This document shows, one piece after another, positions 53,495 through 63,170 of a stretch of DNA of 64,000 nt. The notes below the pieces were generated by a model. It did not search any database. It was not told the origin of the DNA and saw nothing but the letters and a program-made list of their open reading frames with translations. The stretch is from an uncultured Methanosarcinaceae archaeon (GTDB taxonomy: Archaea; Halobacteriota; Methanosarcinia; Methanosarcinales; Methanosarcinaceae), in NCBI GenBank assembly GCA_963721455.1, contig CAVRJG010000033.1, positions 64,001 through 128,000 of the forward strand, in the 5' to 3' direction. Position numbers and translations under genes: made by a program. Every line of letters starts with the position of its first letter. Within the stretch, counting starts at the first letter, position 1.

Positions 53495-53797
53495 ATGGTA
53501 TGTTTAAGTGGATATGATTATGAGATTCTCCTGAAGAACACAACTCTCAAAGAGTGTGAAAACATTATAAAGAAGCATTCGGAGGATGTATACCTTGTAC
53601 CTGGCGGGTACAAAGTAAAAGGCCTCATCCTCATAGGCACAACTTCACCTGTTGGTTTTTCAGGGAATGATATTATATTTCAGTTCACAAAACCCTGTTT
53701 CGGCTTCTTTGTAATCAAACTGAAAAATGAAGCAGAAGAGATAAAGAAACTCAGGGACCAGTATAAAAAGGATAAAAATGTAAAGAAGATTAAATGA
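53495..53797 (+). CDS. DUF1894 family protein (paralog)
   Basis: MVCL...YEILL...PGGY...FTKPCFG. Confidence 0.85.
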   Translation: MVCLSGYDYEILLKNTTLKECENIIKKHSEDVYLVPGGYKVKGLILIGTTSPVGFSGNDIIFQFTKPCFGFFVIKLKNEAEEIKKLRDQYKKDKNVKKIK

Positions 53798-53858
53798 GGG
53801 TTAACAACGCCATTGCCGCCTGTAGCTGTCTATTTTTCCCGAACGCTCTCTTTATGTT

Positions 53859-53939
53859 TATTCTCCAGTTTTACTTAGGTTCATTTTCTGGTTTTTATAT
53901 ATATTCTCCAGTTTTACTTAGGTTCATTTTCTGGTTTTT
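53859..53939. repeat. About 38-bp direct repeat between convergent genes
   Basis: TATTCTCCAGTTTTACTTAGGTTCATTTTCTGGTTTTT twice. Confidence 0.9.
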
Positions 53940-54505
53940 CAGGCTTTCACTTTTTTCGTACACGCAACCCTGCACTCAAAGAACCCGGCTGCAGGCAGTT
54001 CATGTATTGTGGTTGCAACAATCATGCCTTCTCCAATTTCTTTTACGACCATGATGGGTCTGCCCCTATCATCTTCGAGCACGATATCAGCATCGGTTTC
54101 TGAGAAGTATCCGTCACACCCTGCCGGAGCGACGATATTTTCCACAAGTTTTTGGGCATCATGTTCGCCCACAGGGTGAGGTGTGCATGAGTTTTCTTCC
54201 ATTACGTACTTCAGAGAGAAAGGAAGCCATTCATATTCGTATTCCGGGACAAGAGGGCTGAAGACGAGCAGGGTCCCTCCTTTTGTCACAAATTTTTCAA
54301 GGGAACGTTTACCGCGTTCAAGCCCTGTACCTGTTTTTGTATACTGCTTATTTGCAAAACCGGTCGGCAAGACCAGAACCTTGCAGGCAGGAAGATAAGG
54401 AGTACCAAGGGATGTTGAGAGCGCCCGGCTGCATTCAAGCCCGTATTCCACAAACAGTTTTTCAAAAAGGAGAGGGCAATCCCACAGTAAAATTACGTCA
54501 CTCAT
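53939..54505 (-). CDS. Hypothetical protein, possible class I glutamine amidotransferase-like fold
   Basis: VLVLPTGF, FVTKGGTLLV and GEGMIVATTIHE pattern. Confidence 0.7.
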   Translation of the reverse strand: MSDVILLWDCPLLFEKLFVEYGLECSRALSTSLGTPYLPACKVLVLPTGFANKQYTKTGTGLERGKRSLEKFVTKGGTLLVFSPLVPEYEYEWLPFSLKYVMEENSCTPHPVGEHDAQKLVENIVAPAGCDGYFSETDADIVLEDDRGRPIMVVKEIGEGMIVATTIHELPAAGFFECRVACTKKVKA

Positions 54506-54590
54506 GAAAAGGGATAGGAAACTCCCACATATGAATGTATCCATATGGAGAAAGAAATTAGAAAATCAAGACGATTAGGATTCCTATTCT

Positions 54591-55685
54591 TTATTCCGGA
54601 GAAATAGGGATGAAATTTAGGCCTTTCCCGAGTTCGAACAGGATCGTGTGGGGGCTGATAGTGACTGTAAAAGGATAGCCAATTGACCTGAAAATGTTTG
54701 AATAATATTTTGTAAGGTATTCACAGACTTTTTTATCAGAATAATCATGAATAAGTTTCACATATTCCCGGCCCTTTTCCGTGCAAATTTCAATATCACT
54801 TCCTATGCCATCAGTCAGGTAAAGTTCTTTGAAAATCATAATATGCTCGGCAAGAGTGAAAGCTTCCGGAGGCTTGCCCACAGTCAATTCAAAATCTCTT
54901 ACCATGTCAGCCACAGACGGGATATTCCCGGAAACAAAAGCCTCAAAAGTCTTTCTGTTTATGTTGAGCCGCTGGTAGTGCTGCTGTCTGTATATCTTGA
55001 CAAGATTTTTCCAGAACTGCGGTTTTCTCTGGATTTCCCGGAAAGTGCCTTCCATTGACCCGAAGTGTTCTTCAAGCCCTTTAGGGACTTTTTGATAATC
55101 AAGAAATTCGAATCGTTTAAAGTAGACTTTTGTTACGTTTGACCTGCAGAACACTCCCTGAACATCCAGTTTCATCTGTTTTGCCAGATAAAGAGCCAGA
55201 CCATGAGCCATTATTTCCCTGAAGCAGGGATTACCGTTTGAGAGAGTAAGGTTTGCAGTTTCGGGCTCTGGATCCTGACCGCACTCTGCATCAACCTTAA
55301 TTTTCCAGCCCATTTTCTCATTGAGCGCATTTATATAACTGACAACATCAGGAATTCTTTTAAATTTATAAGGGTTGATTATTTCATATACAATTGATTC
55401 ATCGATCAATAGCCCTGAAGTTTTTTTAATAAGCCATTCAAGCAGGGTGTGGTGAACAAGTAGAAATTCTTCTTCCTCAATTAATTTATTTCGGAACTCT
55501 GCATTCTGTGAAGCTTTACTTGAATCTGTTTCTCCGTTTTTACCCGTTTTCCCAGCCAGAGCCAGAGAGGCAGTTTCGATAGCATCCCTTATTGCTGCAC
55601 TTAAGTTTCCGTTGTTTTTTTCCAGAAAGGGCTTTAATTTATCCACATAACACTGGTCAATAGAGATATTTTTTCGGACTATCAA
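54591..55685 (-). CDS. Hypothetical protein with RHH-like N-terminus
   Basis: TTG start after GGGAGGGG; VRKNISID...NLSAAIRDAI suggests a ribbon-helix-helix. Confidence 0.75.
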   Translation of the reverse strand: MIVRKNISIDQCYVDKLKPFLEKNNGNLSAAIRDAIETASLALAGKTGKNGETDSSKASQNAEFRNKLIEEEEFLLVHHTLLEWLIKKTSGLLIDESIVYEIINPYKFKRIPDVVSYINALNEKMGWKIKVDAECGQDPEPETANLTLSNGNPCFREIMAHGLALYLAKQMKLDVQGVFCRSNVTKVYFKRFEFLDYQKVPKGLEEHFGSMEGTFREIQRKPQFWKNLVKIYRQQHYQRLNINRKTFEAFVSGNIPSVADMVRDFELTVGKPPEAFTLAEHIMIFKELYLTDGIGSDIEICTEKGREYVKLIHDYSDKKVCEYLTKYYSNIFRSIGYPFTVTISPHTILFELGKGLNFIPISPE

Positions 55686-56012
55686 GCGGATCCCCTCCCC
55701 TGCCTTTTTGAAACCATAAGCTACTCAAATTTCCTTATATACACACATTTCCATTTTCGTAAACCAAATAATAGATTGGCGCTCATACTTCTTAATTTTT
55801 TTGCTAGACTGGGGCGCAAGAAAACGTATATTAAAGAGAAATAAATATGAGAACTGAAAAGAAAAAGCAATAGCATTAGAGCAGAGGAGAAATGCAGAGA
55901 TAAAAAGTTAGGAGCTCCAAATGCAATGGATACATAATAAAAATATATATTATGCATATAAATTTAGAAGCAAATGTCTTCAGGAGAATATTTGAATAGC
56001 CGGAAGTGCCTG

Positions 56013-56350
56013 TTAACATACCCCTGCAAACTCGAAAATGATAAGATTTGATACGGTCCTGACCTTGAACATGTAGCCTGATTCCCGGAAGAGTTTTGAA
56101 AAAAGCTCAACCAATTTGAGAACAACCTTTTCGTCGGAAAATTGACGTTTGATTTTCACATGCATTTTCCCGCCCTCGCTTGCTCTTTTAATATCACTTA
56201 CACGCCGGGTGGCTGGAATTAGTTTTTTGCAGATAACCAACAGTTTGCAGAGAGGAATCGCCCGGATAGAGTTTTGCCTGCAAATGCTTCAAAAAAGCTT
56301 GTGATATCCGGAACCTCACCTGAAAGAAAAACTTCAGACACGTCTTTATA
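56013..56350 (-). pseudogene. Frameshifted C-terminal fragment of a paralog of 54591-55685
   Basis: KDVSEVFLSGEVPDI versus KTFEAFVSGNIPSV; FSKLFRESGYMFKV...IIFEF versus YSNIFRSIGYPFTV...ILFEL. Confidence 0.65.
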
Positions 56351-56354
56351 GGAA

Positions 56355-56396
56355 GAGGCATAAAACCCCGAAGTCTTTAGCTTAGGGGTAGTTCAC
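56355..56396 (+). mobile_element. IS200/IS605-type end hairpin remnant
   Basis: AAACCCCGAAG-TCTTTAG-CTTAGGGGTAGTTCAC: subterminal hairpin with CTTTAG loop ending GTAGTTCAC, as recalled for tnpB element ends. Confidence 0.5.
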
Positions 56397-56595
56397 TCAG
56401 GTATTCCAGAAGGTCGGAAATGTATTTTATGGCTGAGCTTAGAGACTGTGTGCGTGTTTAGTAAATCAGCACATATATACAGATATTTTATTATTTCTTT
56501 TGGAAAATATAAATTGTCGGTATTTCCCTGAGTACGGTCCCGAAAAATCAGAATAACCGGAACGGCTTTAAGGTCTGCATATATTACCTACTCTC

Positions 56596-57078
56596 ATGAA
56601 TTGTGACAGAGAAAGGCTTGCCAGAGTCCGCATGATTGCAGATTACCAGTTTGGGAAAGGCATTGGAAAAGAGCTTTTTCCTGAAGGCGCAACATTCCAG
56701 TTGTCCCGGACAAAAAGGGTACGCCAGGTCTTTCACTCAGGAAAACGCATAGCCACAGCAAGAGCAAAAGATGGCTTTTTTACCCTCAGTATTGAAGGAG
56801 CTTCCATTATCCACAGGCTTTTGCCCGGGAGAAAGCTCAGGGTCGTTATTTCAGAAGAAGCTGCTCCTTTTGTGGAAAAAGGTAAAACCGCTTTTATAAA
56901 ACATGTGGTTGAAATTGATCCTGAACTCAGGGCCGGAGAAGAGGTACTTGTGACAGACGAAGCTGACCGGCTGCTCGCAACAGGGCAACTGATTTTATCT
57001 CCTGCAGAGATCCTGGCCCTTGACACCGGGGCAGCCGTGGATGTTAGAGTAGGAGTTGCTTCGAAAAGAGAAGAATAG
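56596..57078 (+). CDS. PUA-domain protein, C-terminal part of split archaeosine tRNA-guanine transglycosylase
   Basis: IADYQFG...G+TAFxKHV...LRAGEEVLV...LLATG...AVDVR resembles ArcTGT C2/PUA domains; no catalytic barrel. Confidence 0.75.
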   Translation: MNCDRERLARVRMIADYQFGKGIGKELFPEGATFQLSRTKRVRQVFHSGKRIATARAKDGFFTLSIEGASIIHRLLPGRKLRVVISEEAAPFVEKGKTAFIKHVVEIDPELRAGEEVLVTDEADRLLATGQLILSPAEILALDTGAAVDVRVGVASKREE

Positions 57079-57395
57079 ATCCCGAAGCTTCAGGAAAAGT
57101 TGTGAAGAAATAAGGGGACGCAGGAAAAGGAAAATAAGTATTAAGTTTTATGTTAAAGATAAAGATTTTTTAAATATTACACAAATTTACATATAGTTAG
57201 ATATAATATATAAAACGCGATTCATATTGCTCAAATATTCTTATAATGTGTGGATAAAATCAATAAGAATATATTATAGAGAGTAATTTTTGAATGAATA
57301 TTATTCATAAAGAAACGGATATTTAAAAAAACAGTCCCAGGTTATACCCTGAAATTCCCATATATCAATGAACCAGATAACAGTTTCCCCGGAGA

Positions 57396-58535
57396 GTGAA
57401 AATCATTTCAGAGCCAGAACAGATTCTAAAATACTTCCTGGTTCCAGATAACACCAGAATAGAAGCAAACAGGATTATAGTCGAGGGAGACGTTATTATC
57501 GGCAATCACTCCAATATTGAATACGGTATACTCGGAGACACAGTCATTATGGGAGAAGGAGTGACCGTTTCCGGGGATATAGCGGCAAGTTCCGATATCA
57601 GGATTGACATGTGGTCAAAACTGGGGAGCAGGGTAGAGGTCGGCAGAAATGCCTATCTTGGAGAATTTGTAACCATAGACGGGAAACTGCTCGTAGAAGG
57701 GGACCTGGACGTAGGAAAAGAGGTTAAAATCAGGGGAGGATTCGAGGCCAAAGGATGGATTGTGGTCAGGAATCCAGTCCCTGTAATTATATTTTTATTT
57801 CTATATATAAGGGAAATGATGCGCCTCGGAAAAGGCGAGGAAATCGAGAAAGCCGTAGAAGAACTTTTTGAAGATTCCGAGGACAGTCAGGACTTTGAAG
57901 GAAAAGAACCCGGTGAAAATATATTAATTATACCTGCCGGCGCAAAGATTTCCCCTGAAGCCATCGAGGTTGCCGGGGAAGCTGTTATCGGGAGTAACTG
58001 CCTGTTAATAGGAAACATCCGGGCACAGACAGTCGAGACAGGGAAAAATCTGACCCTGAAGGGAAGCATTCATTCAGAGGGCAAGATCATCATAGGAGAA
58101 AGCAGTACTGTCTATGGGAATCTCTTTTCAAAAGGGCAGGTGCATATTGGCCGAAACAGCAGAATTTTCGGTGGAATAAAAGCCGACTCTGTATTGCTGC
58201 ACGAAAACGCCAGGGTAGAAGGCACAATAAAAGCATCTTCAGGAGTATCTTTCTTACGGGATGCTGCAGAAAAGCCAGTTCTTGCAGAGGTTAACGCTTT
58301 AGGAAAAGTGATTTTAAGTGAAGCCCGTGAGTTGCCTAAAGGTGCACTTCAAGAGGGACTCATAAAAGCTCTGGATGTAGCGGAAATAGGTTCACTCATC
58401 AAATCAAGCGCAAAAGCTAAAAATGGTTTTGTGCCTGGCAGAAAAAGAAAAACTGCTCGAACTCAGGCCCTGGAAAGGACCAGACGCTTCACAGGAGCCA
58501 GGACTTACAGAAAGGAACCGAAGTCCAGAGAGTAA
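57396..58535 (+). CDS. Bactofilin-like (polymer-forming) beta-helix protein
   Basis: Two blocks of (V/I)xGxI repeats separated by a hydrophobic helix and an acidic linker; basic tail. Confidence 0.75.
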   Translation: MKIISEPEQILKYFLVPDNTRIEANRIIVEGDVIIGNHSNIEYGILGDTVIMGEGVTVSGDIAASSDIRIDMWSKLGSRVEVGRNAYLGEFVTIDGKLLVEGDLDVGKEVKIRGGFEAKGWIVVRNPVPVIIFLFLYIREMMRLGKGEEIEKAVEELFEDSEDSQDFEGKEPGENILIIPAGAKISPEAIEVAGEAVIGSNCLLIGNIRAQTVETGKNLTLKGSIHSEGKIIIGESSTVYGNLFSKGQVHIGRNSRIFGGIKADSVLLHENARVEGTIKASSGVSFLRDAAEKPVLAEVNALGKVILSEARELPKGALQEGLIKALDVAEIGSLIKSSAKAKNGFVPGRKRKTARTQALERTRRFTGARTYRKEPKSRE

Positions 58536-58960
58536 TTATCCGAATTTAACCTGATGCCATGCTTAAGCCTTAGAAGCCCCGAGAAAACCCGGAATGTCAC
58601 CTGACCGAGCCTTCCTCTGAATTCTCGTTCTGCATACAGCGTAATCTTATCTTAGGGGGTGTAGGCTCATACCCCAGGGAAAAAAAGTTGCGGAAAAAAA
58701 TTTCTTTTTTCAGAAGGAGCAGTAACATTCTTAGGGTATCAGGGAATTATCTGGATTTCAGGGAGAAGACAGAAGACATTTTAACTGCAAACCCGTTAAA
58801 TCTTCAAAGGAAAACATTTTCAGAGTATTGATGATTCTGTAACCTTCGTCTGTTTAAGCTTCCGTATTGGCATACAAATTCAAAATAATCCGAATCTCAT
58901 TCGTTAAACTTTCAGGTCAGCTTAAAAGTATAAATTGTATAATTTCAGGAAGGAATTCGA

Positions 58961-60148
58961 TTGATAGAGAATATTACAGATCCTCAGGATCTACAGGCAA
59001 AGTACGATTCAGTTATAGAAAAGGATTCAAAATACGTAATGCAGACCTATGGGCGCCAGCCCCTTGTACTCTCAAAAGGGAATGGGGCAGTTGTCCAGGA
59101 TATTTACGGAAAAGAATATATTGACTGTGTAGCAGGAATTGCAGTAAACAATGTTGGACACTGCCACCCAATGGTCGTCAGGGCAATCCAGGCCCAGGCT
59201 GAGGAACTGCTGCACGTCTCCAACCTTTATTACACCGAAATCCAGGCCGAACTTGCAGAAACCCTTGTCTCGGTTACAGGTATGGAACGTGTTTTTTTCT
59301 GTAATTCCGGAGCTGAAGCCGTAGAATCTGCAATGAAACTGGCCCGTGTGGCTTCCGGAAAAAGCGCCTTTGTAGCAGCTGAACATTCATTTCATGGCAG
59401 GACTATAGGGGCACTCAGCGTGACCCACAAGAGCATATACAGGGACCCTTTTACACCTCCTGTGAGTTCTGAGACTGCTTTTGTTCCATACTCCGATGCT
59501 GGCGCCATCAGGCAGGCGATTTCGGAAAACACTGCAGCAGTTATTCTTGAGCCCATCCAGGGGGAAGGCGGGGTAAAGATACCGAACCCCGAATACCTTA
59601 AAGAGGTCAGGGAAATTTGTGATGAAACCGGAACCTTCCTTATCTTTGACGAGGTGCAGACAGGCTTTGGAAGGACAGGCACCTGGTTCTGTAAAGAACA
59701 GTTCGGAGCGGAGCCTGATATCATGAGCATGGCAAAGGCAATAGGCGGAGGCTTCCCGATGGGTGCTATCGCGGCCAGGGAAGGACTCAGCTTTGGGCGC
59801 GGGCAGCATGCTTCTACTTTCGGAGGCGGGCCTCTTGCCTGCGCAGCTGCACTTGCTTCGATTGAAGCGATCAGGGGGGAAGGGCTTCTTAAACGCTCGA
59901 AAGAAAACGGGGCTTATTTCATGGGAAAGCTCAGGAATATGGACAGGGAAGATGTTGTAGAAGTCCGTGGGAAAGGCCTCATGATAGGAGTTGAGATAAA
60001 ATATCCCTGCAACAAGTTCGTAGACTTTGCAAGGGAACGCGGCGTGCTTGTAAACTGCACCTCTGACTCGGTGCTCCGCCTGGTTCCTCCGCTTGTGATT
60101 ACGAAAGAACAGATCGATAAGGTAGTTGATGTTCTTGAGCAGGCCTGA
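58961..60148 (+). CDS. argD: Acetylornithine aminotransferase
   Basis: [32 protein letters not shown] and HASTFGG. Confidence 0.93.
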   Translation: MIENITDPQDLQAKYDSVIEKDSKYVMQTYGRQPLVLSKGNGAVVQDIYGKEYIDCVAGIAVNNVGHCHPMVVRAIQAQAEELLHVSNLYYTEIQAELAETLVSVTGMERVFFCNSGAEAVESAMKLARVASGKSAFVAAEHSFHGRTIGALSVTHKSIYRDPFTPPVSSETAFVPYSDAGAIRQAISENTAAVILEPIQGEGGVKIPNPEYLKEVREICDETGTFLIFDEVQTGFGRTGTWFCKEQFGAEPDIMSMAKAIGGGFPMGAIAAREGLSFGRGQHASTFGGGPLACAAALASIEAIRGEGLLKRSKENGAYFMGKLRNMDREDVVEVRGKGLMIGVEIKYPCNKFVDFARERGVLVNCTSDSVLRLVPPLVITKEQIDKVVDVLEQA

Positions 60149-61229
60149 ACTGATAAAAAAAGAAATCTTTGATATAGCAGAGTACGTTCCCGGAAAATCC
60201 ATCGAAGAAATAGCTTCTGCCTACGGGCTTGACCCGGCTTCAATTATTAAACTGGGCTCGAACGAAAACCCGCTCGGGCCCTCTTCAAAAGCTGTTCAGG
60301 CCCTAATGGACACAGCCCCCTGCGCAAACATTTACCCGTCTGCAGATGCGAGAGAACTTAGAGAAGCTCTCTCGAAATACACAGGCTTTCCGGTCTCAAA
60401 CCTTGTAGCATCAGGGCCTGGAATGGACGGGCTCCTTGACGGGCTTTGCAGGCTCATTATTGAAAAGGGGGATGAGGTTATAGTCCCTACTCCGACTTTT
60501 GCCTATTATGAACTGCCAGCCCGGGCATGCGGAGGAAAGCCAGTTTTTGTAAGGAGGAACCAGGACTTTTCTCTGTACCCTGAAAAGGTTCTGGAAGCCG
60601 AGTCCCCCAGGACAAAGATAATCTTCCTCTGCTCTCCCAATAATCCATCGGGTAACCTCCTTCCCGAAAATGACCTGAGGAGAATCCTTGAGAATACCAG
60701 AGCTCTTGTGTTTGTTGACGAGGCGTATGTTGAGTTTGCGGACAGGAACCTTGCCGGGCTTGTGCGGGAATACGATAACCTTGTCGTGGGCAGGACTTTT
60801 TCAAAGGTATTCGGGCTTGCAGGCCTGCGCCTGGGCTATGGGATCATGCCTGAGTGGCTGGTAAAAGAGTACATACGGGCAGCAACTCCTTTTTCAGTAA
60901 GCCTTCCGGCTTTAAAGGCAGGAATAGCTGCCCTTTCGGATGCCGAACACCTCAGAAAGAGTATAGAGATCGCAAGAGAAGGCAGAGAATACCTGAAAGG
61001 AAAAATCCCTTTTACGGTTTATCCTTCCCAGGCAAACTTCGTACTTGTGGATGTTGCCCCTTTGAAAGCAAAAGCAGTTACAGAAAGCCTCATGAGAAAG
61101 GGAATCATTGTACGTTCCTGTGACTCATTCAGGGAAGCAGGAGATACATATATCAGGGTAACAGTCGGGACTCCGGAACAGAACGAAAAAGTTGTCAGGG
61201 CTTTTGAAATTGTAAAGAACGAGGGTTAA
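60129..61229 (+). CDS. hisC: Histidinol-phosphate aminotransferase
   Basis: [19 protein letters not shown] and [16 protein letters not shown]. Confidence 0.92.
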   Translation: MFLSRPELIKKEIFDIAEYVPGKSIEEIASAYGLDPASIIKLGSNENPLGPSSKAVQALMDTAPCANIYPSADARELREALSKYTGFPVSNLVASGPGMDGLLDGLCRLIIEKGDEVIVPTPTFAYYELPARACGGKPVFVRRNQDFSLYPEKVLEAESPRTKIIFLCSPNNPSGNLLPENDLRRILENTRALVFVDEAYVEFADRNLAGLVREYDNLVVGRTFSKVFGLAGLRLGYGIMPEWLVKEYIRAATPFSVSLPALKAGIAALSDAEHLRKSIEIAREGREYLKGKIPFTVYPSQANFVLVDVAPLKAKAVTESLMRKGIIVRSCDSFREAGDTYIRVTVGTPEQNEKVVRAFEIVKNEG

Positions 61230-61306
61230 ATACCTCTATTTCTTTACTTTAAGCCTTATTTCGTTATTTTATTCGTTTTAAGGCTTATTTTAGATAGCTG
61301 TTTGTT

Positions 61307-61675
61307 TCAAACGTTTATCTCTTCGATTTCTATAATTCTCATCAGTGGGTAATTCAGTTCAGGGTCATATTCCATTCCGACTTTTACCTTTGAAGAGCCG
61401 TGTTTTACAGTTATTTTTACTTTAAGCATGGACCCCTGAAGTTCGAAATAACCGAACTCGTTGCTCAGCTTGCTTTTCAGCATATCCCTGTCGATTTTTA
61501 CGGAAATTTCTTCCACGTAGGGCTGGACTGAAATGCTTTCCTGGATAGCCTGTTCAAGGCTTGAAACCGTGTTCAAATTTACCGGGGAACCCGTAAACTG
61601 ATGGTAAAGAGCTCCGAGTTTTATTCCTGCTTCAAAGAGTGCATTGTCTCTGTCAGTTGCCTTTTCTTGAACCAA
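61307..61675 (-). CDS. mptD: Archaeal dihydroneopterin aldolase (DUF372)
   Basis: FEAGIKLGALYHQFTG, QPYV and LNYPLM; likely TTG start after AAGGGAG. Confidence 0.85.
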   Translation of the reverse strand: MVQEKATDRDNALFEAGIKLGALYHQFTGSPVNLNTVSSLEQAIQESISVQPYVEEISVKIDRDMLKSKLSNEFGYFELQGSMLKVKITVKHGSSKVKVGMEYDPELNYPLMRIIEIEEINV

Positions 61676-61729
61676 ATAAATCTCTCCCTTCTGGAAATTC
61701 GTGAGTGGATATGTCAAAATGAATCGATT

Positions 61730-62524
61730 TTACTGTTTTTCCTTCCTTCCTCCGGCCCTCAACCCTCTATTTCGAGATTCTTTACTACCCAGATTGCTCA
61801 GTAGAGGGATCTTGAAAAAGGGAGAAAAAATGTATGTCAGCATGAGGATAAAAGGCAGGATGGAAAAAATCCGCATATACTGTACGTTATACATCACATC
61901 TACAACATAGAGAAGCATGGTTAGCCCGAAAATGGAAGCTATAAAAACCAGGACTCTGACATTCCTGATCTTCGGATAACTTACCGAACTCACCATGAGG
62001 ATAGAGAGAGCAAGGGTAAGAGCTAGAAGGAAGTCTATCCTGACAAGACTTTCGCCCAGCAGCATGTATGTAACAAGCATAACGCAACCTGCAGTTATGG
62101 GAAGACCTTCAAACCCTGTTTTACGGGAAGCCACGGAATTGAAGCGTGCGAGCCGGAGCACACCGCAAATAGCATACAAAGCCGGAAATACCGCGACAAG
62201 AGGATCTTCTCCTCCGAACTCCAGATATATGAGAAGAGCGGGAGCGACCCCGAAAGAGACTGCATCTGCCAGGGAATCAAGCTGTTCCCCAAGTTCTCCT
62301 CCTTTGAACCGTCTGGCAATGTATCCATCCGCCCCATCTGCAACTGCCGCAATCAGAAGGAAGATCAAGGCCAGGGCAAAAGACCCATCATGGGCGGCAG
62401 TTTGATAGGTGGCAGCCTGGACGGCAGCTTGGGCAGCTACTGCAATTGAGCTAATCCCGCAGATGAGGTTCAAAAGAGAGACCAGGTCCGGGAGTCTTAA
62501 CATTTGAAATACGTTCATATTCAA
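61730..62524 (-). CDS. pssA: Archaetidylserine synthase
   Basis: CDP-alcohol phosphotransferase motif DGADGYIARR...GEQLDSLADAVSFG and RLARFN. Confidence 0.93.
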   Translation of the reverse strand: MNMNVFQMLRLPDLVSLLNLICGISSIAVAAQAAVQAATYQTAAHDGSFALALIFLLIAAVADGADGYIARRFKGGELGEQLDSLADAVSFGVAPALLIYLEFGGEDPLVAVFPALYAICGVLRLARFNSVASRKTGFEGLPITAGCVMLVTYMLLGESLVRIDFLLALTLALSILMVSSVSYPKIRNVRVLVFIASIFGLTMLLYVVDVMYNVQYMRIFSILPFILMLTYIFSPFFKIPLLSNLGSKESRNRGLRAGGRKEKQ

Positions 62525-63165
62525 AAGTCCCTGTCATTTTTTATTGTTGCTATAACGGTCTTGCCTGCAAGTACCCGCTCTCCTTTCCGTACGGTGATTT
62601 CAAAATCAGGAGGAATTGTTACGTCAACTCTTGATCCGAAACGAATCATTCCGATGCGTTGTCCCTGCTCGATGATATCGTTTACCCGAGAATAAGAGAC
62701 AATCCTGCGGGCAATTGTGCCCGCAATCTGTGTAACACTAACATCCCCGTACTTGCTGTGGATAATAAACTCGTTTCTTTCGTTTCGTTCAGAGTCTTTA
62801 CAAAAAGCAGGAAGATACCCACCTTTCTTATAAGTTATTTCCCTAATTTTTCCGGAAATCGGAGCCCTGTTTACATGTACATTCTGGAAAAACATGAAAA
62901 TACAAACTTTCCGGTCTCTGATGTCTATAATCGTGCCATCTGCCGGAGAAATCATATAAGTGTCCGAAACTTCCACTTTTCTTTCGGGATCTCGGAAAAA
63001 AATAACCATAAAGAAAGTTAATGCCATTGCCAGGTAAGCAGCGTGGTTTGCCAGGTAAGCAACGTGGTCTAGATGTGAGCTGTTCATTGCCCTGGAGAGG
63101 ATTGCAAACAGTGCAGTTACAAGTGTAGCTGTGAAAAGCCAGGGTTCCGAGCCTTTTGCAAGCAT
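62521..63165 (-). CDS. psd: Archaetidylserine/phosphatidylserine decarboxylase proenzyme
   Basis: FFRDPER, SPADG, VHVNRAP and GMIRFGSRVD self-cleavage site. Confidence 0.94.
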   Translation of the reverse strand: MLAKGSEPWLFTATLVTALFAILSRAMNSSHLDHVAYLANHAAYLAMALTFFMVIFFRDPERKVEVSDTYMISPADGTIIDIRDRKVCIFMFFQNVHVNRAPISGKIREITYKKGGYLPAFCKDSERNERNEFIIHSKYGDVSVTQIAGTIARRIVSYSRVNDIIEQGQRIGMIRFGSRVDVTIPPDFEITVRKGERVLAGKTVIATIKNDRDF

Positions 63166-63170
63166 TGACC

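Noticed and set aside
55721-55957. 78-aa hydrophobic ORF
   Set aside because: It lies in AT-rich promoter DNA without an RBS; the hydrophobicity follows from T-richness.
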